Assembly: GCA_002269645.1 (NCBI GenBank)
Contig: NIVC01000334.1
Location: 120,693-184,692 of the forward strand
Length of the DNA: 64,000 nt
From: Macrostomum lignano
Lineage: Eukaryota
Direction of reading: 5' to 3'
In this document: positions 23,884-34,884 of the stretch, piece by piece
How the letters are laid out: the number at the start of each line of letters is the position of its first letter
Position numbering within the stretch: position 1 is the stretch's first letter
The notes under the pieces: generated by a model
Database searches by the model: none
What the model was told of the DNA's origin: nothing
Seen by the model: only the letters and a program-made list of their open reading frames with translations
Position numbers and translations under genes: made by a program

Positions 23884-24419
23884 ATGTATCAAAGTAGTTC
23901 GGAGTCATCTATTGAACATGGAAATTTTCCGTCCGTCATCAATTTGTACGCAATTGGCGAAAGAGCCGAACCACCAGCAACGACTGCAGCACCCACGAAG
24001 GCTAGTACGTCATCTCAAACGTATTCTTCAAAAGTAAAGCCAGTCGAACCACAAGCTCACAATGATCCTTTTCTTGCTTTGGCTCAGTCATCAGCAGCAT
24101 CATCATCATCGTACCCAACCACTCAATTAAATGACGATGAAGTTAGTTATGCATCCAGCTCGACATACTCCATTTCTCCGACAAACGCCGAGAGTCCCGG
24201 AATTAATATTCCTCCAATGGCTCCAGTGAGCATCGTTTCGACTTCTTTAACAGCATACGCGCCGCCGCATGACAGAAAAGGCAGTTGCGGCTCGCCACCC
24301 TCATCAGACTCAGAAAGTGATTGCGAAAGCACGCCAAGGCAGCGAAGAAGGAACAGTACAACCAGCACTAGCACCACAAGCAGCGATGAAGATCGACCAA
24401 CGGCGCTGAAGGCTAGAAT
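23884..24419 (+). CDS. Otop: Otopetrin-like gene, exon 1 (Ser/Thr-rich N-terminal region)
   Basis: ATG at 23884, donor AT|GTGAGA (phase 2). The chain 23884-24419, 24494-24804, 28296-28506, 32992-33106, 38884-39160, 59367-59530 has phases 2,1,2,0,1 and gives 538 codons without a stop. The link to the channel exons rests on phase consistency only. Confidence 0.65.
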
Positions 24420-24493
24420 GTGAGAATCTTTGCGTGCATGAAATTAATTGGAAAAATTAAACAAAACCTATCATGCCAATCATCATTTTTTAG

Positions 24494-24804
24494 ATGGAAG
24501 GGCAACAGCGGCGCATCATCAGCGGCAAAGAAGCTGCTGCACCAGCAGCATCAGCAACAACAGCAACAACAGCAGCATCAGTTGCATCAACAGCCAATCG
24601 TGTCACAGCCGTCGCACAGAACAGCTATGAACATTATTGGCAGTCCGTCGCCATCATCCAACACAGTGTCGAGCGGAGGCTCCGTTCCCGGCAGGCACTC
24701 GCTAGTCAGCCAGTTCAGCTCCACCACTGGCCGAATAGAGACCACTCTGGCTGAGAACATTGCCGAGAGTATCGCGCTGCAGTGCGCTGCTGTTGCAGAT
24801 TCTG
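24494..24804 (+). CDS. Otop: Otopetrin-like gene, exon 2 (poly-Gln, Ser-rich)
   Basis: 74-bp intron ending TTTTTTAG|A; (I)WKGNSGASSAAKKLLHQQHQQQQQQQQHQ...AVADS(G); donor G|GTAGGC. Confidence 0.7.
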
Positions 24805-25499
24805 GTAGGCACAATTTACTATAATGTCACTTTCCACTGTGCAAATACTACATAGCAATCTAATTGCTACGTGTCACCTGACCTAGTCTAGTGATTCATG
24901 AGTTCTCGATAGTACTCCATACTATCTCCAGACGGACAATTCTGCAGTACAATCTGCCGGCGGTGTTACTAACCCACAACTTCTTATCAGCCCGGCTCTT
25001 CAAATCAAACTATTGGTCTATAGTTATCGGGACTTCTATCGGGAACCCGCCCGGTGCCACTGCCGACGACTTCTAGCTGTCAGTCAAGTTGCTAGGGGGG
25101 GGGGGCAGACAGACGGACATAGCTAAAAGCCAATCCAATGCTTTACCTTATCGCTTAGTTCTTCGGTTTATCTTCATTTTTGGGGTATCTTCTCTGAGCT
25201 CAGAGCTCGGCTGCCTCACCGCCCACGCAATTAATTAGAAAAATCCTGACTTATGTCAGCAAGGTGGAGCAATTCGATGCAATTTCTAATTGATTTTCAA
25301 TAGATTGCTTCAGTGCTGAGATACTTGAATTTTGCACTAAGATGACTGCGACAAGACCAGTTGCGTGTGACTGGCACACCGACTTGCTTAATGTGACGGC
25401 CATCACATGACGTAACTTTGAGTGATAGAGTAGTGTGGCGCCGTTACTGCTCGCTTAAGGTGCCTCTTAAGCTTGGTGTAAGCGCTAATCTACCTATCG

Positions 25500-25635
25500 A
25501 CACATTTTGACGCTCTGACACCGTTTTGACGCTATGACACACATTTTGGCACCCTCTGACACATTTTAGCACCCTCTGACACATTTTAGCACCCTCTGAC
25601 ACATTTTGGCACCCTTGAAACATTTTGGCGCCCAA
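25500..25635. repeat. Short 20-bp array (ACACATTTTAGCACCCTCTG)n
   Basis: Visible, ~6 units; related to the 26985-28282 array. Confidence 0.85.
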
Positions 25636-26984
25636 ATACCTTGACTTCCATTTAAGGCACCCCTGCTTCATAATAACACTATTGTCAATCCCTTGGGGTC
25701 CAATAAGCACTCCGTTTAGCGCAGCTGATATCCGCTTGGCCCGTCTCCCTGTGACACCCAGCTGGACCCCAGAATGCACAGCACCTGCTTCCCTTAGCTG
25801 CACACTGGCCCAGAGCTCGATGACTCCCATCGGTCTCAGTCAGGACCGCTTGATGGTGACTAAGGGTTGGGGTGCTCAATGAGCAACTGCAGCTGCTCAA
25901 ACCATCGCCTCAATTATCCTCATTAGAATTTGCTGCTCAGCCAATTTCACCGTGCAAAAAGTCTGCCTCAGCCTCGGCCAACAGCAATGCTGACTAAGCC
26001 AACACCCCCACTCACTGATTCACCAGCTAATGCAATTTCCCGCAATGCTCAGAGTTGAGCACTTGAGATAGATGGAGAGAGAAGGGAGACTGGGCTAGAA
26101 AGTTACTAAACACTCACCCGAGCTAAAATTTTCTTCAACAATTGACCAGAAAAACGTTGCTTATTAGATGCTCTTAAACACTAATTATGAGATGGAGATG
26201 GAGTTGAATTCGTCATAAACGAATGATGACGCCATGCGCCGAATCGAATTCCGAGGTTGCAGAGGCTGGCATGTGGGAATTCGGCAATGCAGTTTTCAGT
26301 TACTCAAAAAAACGCTGATAAAGGGAGGGCAGAGGACAGACAGACAGGGGATCGTTCGATGCAAAATGACGCGTCCGACTGACGGTCCGAGGTTCGAATT
26401 CAAACCTTTACAGCCTCCCCCCCTTTGCGCCAGATGGTTCGCCTCTGACTCATAATTACATTTTTTAGTCCAAACTCGCTCAGGCCTGCAGTACGAGTAT
26501 AGCCAATCTCTCAGCACACCCTCTCCCCTCACACACACATCTTTGGGTTTGCATCACACCAGTACGCGCACTGCGGGAACCAGTCAGCAGCTTCCCCCCC
26601 CCCATTTTATCGCCCTGGTGGTTCATGACGAGCCGCCGCAGTGCTAGCTAGTAAACTCGCCCAAAGGGATGCAGCTCGGGTGTCGTCACCCAGCAAAAGG
26701 GAAAAGAAGGCGGGCGAGAAGGAGATAAAGAATGAAAGAGTGGCTGGCGGCTCTATAAGAGGTGCGATGCTTCACTCCCCTAACCACCCCACCGACAGCT
26801 CATTTGCAGGACTCCGAGCCAGTTCTGAGTCACACAATCCCGATTCCAATAACCTACTTTCTTTCTCTTGATCATCACCCAGAACATGGCCAGTGTTGTG
26901 ACCGGCTGTATCGGGCAGCCGAGCAGTCGTACAGAATTTGTAATCAGCTAGACAATTAACTCAGAGCAGGGTGTCTCATCTACA

Positions 26985-28282
26985 TGATTATAGCACCCTC
27001 TGACACATGATTCTAGCACCCTCTGACACAGGATTCTAGCACCCTCTGACACATGATTCTAGCATCCTCTGACACATGATTCTAGCACCCTCTGACACAT
27101 TATTCTAGCACCCTCTGACACATGATTCTAGCACCCTCTGACACAGGATTTCAGCACCCTCTGACACATGATTCTAGCACCCTATGGCACATGATTCTAT
27201 CTGACACATGATTCTAGCACCCTATGACACATGATTCTAGCACCCTCTGACACATGATTCTATCTGGCACATGATTCTATCTGGCACATGATTTTATCTG
27301 ACACATGATTCCATCTGACACATGATTCTAGCACCCTATGACACATGATTCTAGCACCCTCTGACACATGATTCTATCTGGCACATGATTCTATCTGACA
27401 CATGATTTTATCTGACACATGATTCCATCTGACATAATTCCATCTGACACATGATTCTAGCACCCTATGACACATGATTCTAGCACCCTATGACACATGA
27501 TTCTATCTGACACATGATTCCATCTGACATATGATTCCATCTGACACATGATTCCATCTGACACATGATTCCATCTGACATATGATTCCATCTGACACAT
27601 GATTCCATCTGACACATGATTCCATCTGACACATGATTCCATCTGACACATGATTCCATCTGACACATGATTCCATCTGACACATGATTCCATCTGACAC
27701 ATGATTCCATCTGACACATGATTCCATCTGACACATGATTCCATCTGACACATGATTCCATCTGACACATGATTCCATCTGACACATGATTCCATCTGAC
27801 ACATGATTCCATCTGACACATGATTCCATCTGACACATGATTCCATCTGACACATGATTCCATCTGACACATGATTCCATCTGACACATGATTCCATCTG
27901 ACACATGATTCCATCTGACACATGATTCCATCTGACACATGATTCCATCTGACACATGATTCCATCTGACACATGATTCCATCTGACACATGATTCCATC
28001 TGACACATGATTCCATCTGACACATGATTCCATCTGACACATGATTCCATCTGACACATGATTCCATCTGACACATGATTCCATCTGACACATGATTCCA
28101 TCTGACACATGATTCCATCTGACACATGATTCCATCTGACACATGATTCCATCTGACACATGATTCCATCTGACACATGATTCCATCTGACACATGATTC
28201 CATCTGACACATGATTCCATCTGACACATGATTCCATCTGACACATGATTCCATCTGACACATGATTCCATCTGACACATGA
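26985..28282. repeat. Compound minisatellite: 23-bp (CTCTGACACATGATTCTAGCACC)n grading into near-perfect 17-bp (CCATCTGACACATGATT)n
   Basis: Visible; ends ~13 nt before the exon 3 acceptor. Confidence 0.97.
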
Positions 28283-28295
28283 CACCCACCCGCAG

Positions 28296-28506
28296 GCATC
28301 AGCAACACGTCCCCGGAGACGCAGAGCTCAACGGAATTTCAGACCAACGCAATGCGCAGCATAGAGACCCTGGCCTCGCCAATGCAGCCAATTCTGGCCC
28401 AGAATCTTCTCCATCTGCAGCATCATCAGCACCTGCATCCCACTGGTATTCTGAAGCCGGGCCGCGATCTGGCCGAGCAGCACAACATCATGCAGGCGGC
28501 ATTCAA
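28296..28506 (+). CDS. Otop: Otopetrin-like gene, exon 3
   Basis: CCCGCAG|GC ... AA|GTGAGA; 211 nt, phase 1 in, phase 2 out: (G)ISNTSPETQSSTEFQTNAMRSIETLASPMQPILAQNLLHLQHHQHLHPTGILKPGRDLAEQHNIMQAAF(K). This frame is not in the ORF track. Confidence 0.7.
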
Positions 28507-28908
28507 GTGAGATTTTTGCAACGGCAGAAGCAATTTTGAGTCGGGAAATAATTGTGAAATGAGACCGACTGCATGCTGGATGCCTTTCCAATGATGATGA
28601 TGGGGCTTCTCCAAAGTGAGCGGCAGGCTCAGCTTCCCGCCAGCGTATCTGGGCAGAGCTTTCCGCGTCTCTTAGGGCCGAATAATATCGATTCAGATTA
28701 GCCGGGGCCCGAGGGGGGGCCTGGCGCGATTTCTGCTTGGCTTCGAATATAGTAGCCCTGGAGATTGCGAGTTTTCATTGATCCCGAAATTCCTCTTCAT
28801 GCTTTGCGGCTCAGCCCAGTTGCAACGGATGCTTGAGATGGGATGGGGCTTGGGGCCACTGCAAATCCACTGCTCCGCTGCGCACTTGAAGTTCGAGTAG
28901 TTTGGGTG

Positions 28909-29667
<759 letters not shown>

Positions 29668-30559
29668 CCATATGCAAGTCACAGCCAGACGCACTGAATG
29701 CCGCTCAGCCCAGCCCTAAGGGAGAGATCAAGTTTATTCTCATCACGGCGTCAGTCGCGTGCGGCCGAAGCGGCAGTTCGAAAAATCGCCTGCCAGCTGG
29801 AGCCCCAGCCACTCTATCTATATTTTCCGTTTAATTTTTCCTCGAAACGCGGCGTTAGGGAGGGGCGGGCAGGAGCCGCGAGCTGCTGCAGTGCGGCGGT
29901 GACAGGGAGGGGAAGAGAAACTGCGAGTTGAGTCGGCGCGGCTCACGGATGTGGAAAGTGCGATATGCCGAGGCCGGAGGGAGCCGAAGGCAGTACGAAG
30001 CGCTGCTGCCATCATCTGCCAGCTTCCAGCCATCAAACCTCTCGCCCCAATTCCCCTCCACCCTCTGAAGCCGTCATTCGCTCTCCCATTTCTACATTTC
30101 CCCCTTCCCATTCTCCCCATCTCTGTCTGTCTCTGCTCCCAGTCGCCAGTTTTTCAAGCGGCCTGGAGGTGAGGACGCCGATAGGCGGGAGATATGCGGC
30201 GCACGGCAAACAAGCAGGAGATACCTTGGCCTTAACTCGTCCTTCTCCGCTGGTTTTTCCCCTTTATCCCCAGAGGGGAGTTCTCCGGCACTCCCCTTGG
30301 GGAAAGGAGGGGCTGTGTTGCCTTCCTTTGACCTGGCACCAGGCCAACATAGCCTCTTTAGCCTCTCCATCTCAGGTTTCGGTTGCCCGGAATTTGCACT
30401 TCTGTATCTATCTCACCTATTCTCAGCTCCGCCCTCTTCAATTCTGCTACTTTTAAGAGTGAAAAGTGTCTCAAAGCACTTCAACTTTATTGGCCGGGGA
30501 ATTTATAACCTTTGCTGCTGCTGCTAGAGGCTTTGGAGTCTGGAAGGCCGCCAGCAGTC

Positions 30560-30775
30560 ATGCCCGTTCAGCTGACATACACATTGACTCGCGCTCACGT
30601 CCGGCATGTACACTCCCGGTGCCTTGGTGGTTGGCCCTCACGGCTGTGAATTGCACAACCATCCCGCCCGGCCAAATTTCTGGCACAAGTCCGAAATGCA
30701 TGCCCGGAATCGATTCAAGGGCCGCTTCGGCTGGTTGCTAGGGACTCTGTCTCTCGTTGCTAGGGCCTCTGTGTC
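30560..30775 (-). mobile_element. Diverged SINE-like element sharing a central core with 33160-33391
   Basis: Minus strand: GCGGCCCTTGAATCGATTCC (B-box-like), then TTGTGCAATTCACAGCCGTGAGGGCCAACCACCAAGGCACCGGGAGTGTACATGCCGGACG. Confidence 0.55.
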
Positions 30776-32255
30776 AGTTTGACCTTTTATTCAACTGACA
30801 ACTCGGACTAGAATCTGCTCGCGAAGACTGTGTGGGGGATTTGGGGCGGAGAGAATCTCAGCTGATCTGCCGATGGAATCGAAGAAATGGGCAGCCAATT
30901 TCCTATTGGGGGGGGGGGGCTCCCCTCGCCCCAGCTCTCATGGCTCTTCGATTCTGATAAATCAATGCCAACTGCTGATAGAGTCCTTCGCGTGGAGTTT
31001 CCGTTGCCTCAGTGTTGAGTTGCTAGGGATTTCTGGGAAGTTAACTGCATTCTTATGCGATACATTTATCCCCAGTCAGCTTTTCCCCACGGCACTCGCG
31101 AGGACGCGATAAAAGTGCGGAGGCGATCCGCCCTGGCCGCGTTATTTATTTCAGGAAGCCGAAATCTTTTCATTCTTTTTCTCTTTCTAAGAAAATTCGA
31201 AGGGATTTGGGATATTCGTGACCATGATTGGATTGCTTTTTTATCCCTACCCACATCACGGATTCCCAACTGGAGTGAGCTTATTTATGCCTCAAAGGCG
31301 TTAAGTACATTGAGAATTGTCACATTTTTAGCCTTTAGCTCATTTCTAAGAAAATCGAGTTGTTTTTGACATGCCTGTAGAGAGTGAAAGTCACGGCGCT
31401 GTACACGGCGCTGAGGCGCTGTATGTGCTGAGTAGTCAGTGGAATGGGCAGAAGGCCAGGATTTATATAGGTTGGAACTTCATAACTCTTAGACATCAAA
31501 GGTAGCTTTTAGTGATGAATCATCTCCATCATGAAAAAATTTAACTTTCAAACTCGTCGCAATAACTAACCCTCAGAGTGTGAGCACGCAATCCATATCC
31601 CGGCACTGCTCCAGGTGTTGCGCGCCTCCAAAGCGATAGTGGCCACACTGGGATTTGATGGAAGAAGGGTTTCACGGGGTTGCAGTTTGGGATTGAAGTT
31701 GGCGGGAGGAATATAGGGGGAAAGTTGAAAACACTCAGGCTTGGGGGCTGTCTGGATCAGCTGCTGGCATCTGAGCGGCGGCGGCGGCTGCCTCTGATGA
31801 TTGAAGAGCGAGAGAGAGGGTGGGGGGGCAAGCTCAGCCGGCACGGATGACTCAAAGAGCTATTTATGCCCCGAGTTACCTGGCTCGCGGTCAGAGTCCT
31901 GATGATAGACCCAGGCTAGCCCGATCCTCTAAACGCTGACAGAAGAGAATGATGAAGCTAGAATAGGCTTATCCCAGCTTCCCTATTTGCCTCCATGCCG
32001 CCGTGGTGTGTGGTTTTGGCAACGAAGCTTCATAATCCCTGTCTCTATCCCCCTTACTCTCTCGGTATCGGCGCTGCGGCTAGCATAGGATTTAGAAAGC
32101 GAGGATTTACCACAGACAGTCGCCGCGGGAGAGTGTAGCTGATTTTACAGTTATAATTTTTAGAACTTTTGGCCATAGAAATTTGTAATAAAAAAAATAA
32201 TATACCACAGTCAGTTTCAACCTCGAATGCGACACAAGTACCTTCAAATGGTAGC

Positions 32256-32535
32256 CAGAGAATATTGAGCATACATAGAATGCCAACGTAGCTTTTAAAA
32301 GTGAAGCCGGGAGTTTGGCTTTGGACCATAGACTAAAAAATAAATTCAAAAGCGTTATTTATTCGCATTTAGTCCAGACAGCGGCACTTAGACGAGTGCA
32401 ATTTATCACAAATATATTTTTAGCTCAAAACACTTTAGTCTGTGGTCCAAAGCCAAACTCCCGGTGGAGCGCGAGAATCGGCTTCACTTTTTAAAGCTAC
32501 GTTGGCATTCTATGTATGCTCAATATTCTCTGATG
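32256..32535. mobile_element. 280-bp hairpin MITE with ~80-bp TIRs and an 8-bp flanking direct repeat (hAT-like)
   Basis: Left arm CAGAGAATATTGAGCATACATAGAATGCCAACGTAGC...GGACCATAGACTAA; the right arm is its reverse complement with a ~17-nt insertion. ATGGTAGC at 32248-32255 and 32536-32543. Confidence 0.75.
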
Positions 32536-32627
32536 ATGGTAGCTTTGTCGACTAAGACTTGGGGAGGCCTAACGTTCTAAAAAATAGTCGTCTATGGTCT
32601 AAAGTCCCCAAATACAAATCAAGAGTG

Positions 32628-32795
32628 GTATGAGTTATGAGTTGGTATGAGTTGGTATGAGTTGGTATGAGTTGGTATGAGTTGGTATGAGTTGGTATGA
32701 GTTGGTATGAGTTGGTATGAGTTGGTATGAGTTGGTATGAGTTGGTATGAGTTGGTATGAGTTGGTATGAGTTGGTATGAGTTGGTATGAGTTGC
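32628..32795. repeat. 10-bp repeat (GAGTTGGTAT)n, ~16 units
   Basis: Visible. Confidence 0.96.
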
Positions 32796-32991
32796 TGTAT
32801 GAAGGGGCGGGGCTTATCTGCTTTTAGCAACATCCTCCGCAGTGCATTCTCTTTTATCCCTCTGTCAGAGCCATTGTGCCATTGTCTGCAAGCATGTGCC
32901 ACACTTCTCAGCGACCTCAGATGCACCCCTGTCAGAAGGATGTCATCGTTTCTGAATTGCAATCCCCCTCATCTGTCTTTTCTGCTTGCAG

Positions 32992-33106
32992 AGCATCGCT
33001 GTTCCGGCTACTCAGCGGCATCTACGTGATGTTGCTGTGCGCTCTCGGCCTGCTGATGCCCACTGCCGAGCTGCTCGCCAAGAAGGTGGCCCTGCACCTG
33101 TTTGAG
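32992..33106 (+). CDS. Otop: Otopetrin-like gene, exon 4 (TM1)
   Basis: TTTTCTGCTTGCAG|A ... GAG|GTGAGT; ASLFRLLSGIYVMLLCALGLLMPTAELLAKKVALHLFE, like the LS.LY..LL...G...P.AE TM1 of invertebrate otopetrins. Confidence 0.85.
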
Positions 33107-33159
33107 GTGAGTCTATGGAATTTTTGTAATCACTTTTTTACTGCACTCTAAGCGACATT

Positions 33160-33391
33160 GTCACAGGCACAGGCACACACTCAGGAGTGTACAGCGGCCC
33201 TAACTTTATTTATCGTCAGACATGTACACTTCACTGTGCCTTGGGGGTTGGCCCTCAAGGGCGTTAATTGCACAAGCAGAGCCAAGCCGAGATTCCAATT
33301 TAGCCCCAAAATTCATGTGGACGGCACTTGGAATCGAGCCTGGGCCGCTGGCACATCAGAGCCCCGCGCTGGACCTCTGGGCTACGGCCCC
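33160..33391 (-). mobile_element. tRNA-derived SINE
   Basis: Minus-strand head GGGGCCGTAGCCCAGAGG (A box, 33374-33384)...GGCTCGATTCC (B box, 33330-33340), then a core shared with 30598-30659 and a simple-repeat-like tail. Confidence 0.7.
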
Positions 33392-34884
33392 TCCCAATTC
33401 TTGATGTCTTTATTAAGAGGATTTTGAATTTTTATAGTCACTTCTTAACTCTATCGATTCGTGTAGAACGAAATTCGACATAAATTTAAGCCCTTGCTGA
33501 ACCGCTTTCGGTCTCTCCATGCCTCTCTGCACAGTTTCTGCCGCCTTCCCACCCTCTCATCTATTTTGATCTCTTATCACAGCTGAGCAGGTGCCCCCCC
33601 CGAGTTGGCGAGCTGGTTACCGAGTGAGCCAGCCCAGTTAGTTCTTATCTCACCTTCCCAACAGCTCCAAGTAACTCGACATTTTCTCTCATGGGGAATC
33701 CTGGCGGCTGGAACTGCTGCAACTGCTCTGCAACTTAAGTAAACGTGTGCACCGCACTCGATGCAGAGTGACGGAAGCGCGACTTCTGCTGGAGGGGAGG
33801 CGTGACCGTCTCAGCCTGCCGATTGTCCCACTCTCTCCCTGCCCCACTCGCCTCTCTCTCTTTTCTCATTTTGCCCATTTCTGGCCGAAGTTCCTGCATC
33901 CGGAATGTTACGCAATGGGGCGTGTAAAACACCGCTTTTTGCCTGCCCCTGTTCTGACCTCGCCGTTCCCCCAGCCTGTCCATCTTTTTGGAGTCACTTT
34001 ATTTGATCTCTCTCCTCTCTTCTAGGAGCAAGAGCTTGCAATCTACTCTCGCCTCATTTCCTGTGCGACAGTGTCTGTAGTTTAGAAATTGAACTCAACT
34101 AATTTAGGATTCTCCAGAAATTGTCTGCCCAAGTTCGATTCCCGACAGCGGCAAACTAATCCAGCAAAGCTACCAGAACAGCTGCAGAAATCTTAGAAAC
34201 TTGTTACACCGCTTTTTCCTGTTGCTGCTGCTGTTGTTGGCGCGAAAAAATCTACAAAGTCGGCAAATTTTTGAGCGGATGCAGGAGCTCTGCAATTTTG
34301 TGCTTTTTTGTGTGTGTGTCTGTGTGTCTGTGCGCTCGCCCGAGGTAAGTCTCAGATTCCAGCCTCTCTCACTGCATCCCTCTCTCCCTCCCACATGCAA
34401 CAGCTGCATCTGGGCTCGCTAAGCTGATTCTATTTTTAATTTCTTGCAGTTTTTTTGTTCAGCGACCCGCTTCGGAGTCAATCTACAGTGCTGGGGATTT
34501 CAATTCCATATTTTAAGGTTTAATCTGCTGGGAAGCACTCCTGTATTCCCTTACTCTGGGTTCCATTCTTCCCACCTCCGTCCTCCACTGAAACCGCCCC
34601 AGGTGGGTACTACTGGATAAAGTTTATTTCCTCTTATCCCTTCCAGCGACTCAACTCGGGTCTTCCCTGGGATATCTGGGATTCGGGGCTCATTTCTACC
34701 GCACTGTAGTCAAGTTCCTGTCCCAGGTTTTGGGCGGTGTCCTGCCAAGGATCTCTTGAACAACACATTTTAGATTTTTAACTCTTCCCAAGAACGGTAG
34801 ATGGACTTTATTGAGATCTCTGTGGAGAGTTGGTAATAAAGTGCGCTGAATTGTAGGGTGAGACGCAGGAATGAGAATAAGGTA

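Noticed and set aside
26341-26401. B-box-like GGTTCGAATTC
   Set aside because: No convincing A box or cloverleaf; insufficient for a tRNA or SINE call.
30143-30168. 26-nt candidate micro-exon with good AG and GT sites
   Set aside because: It would shift the frame between otopetrin exons 3 and 4; at most a non-coding or poison exon, and unsupported.
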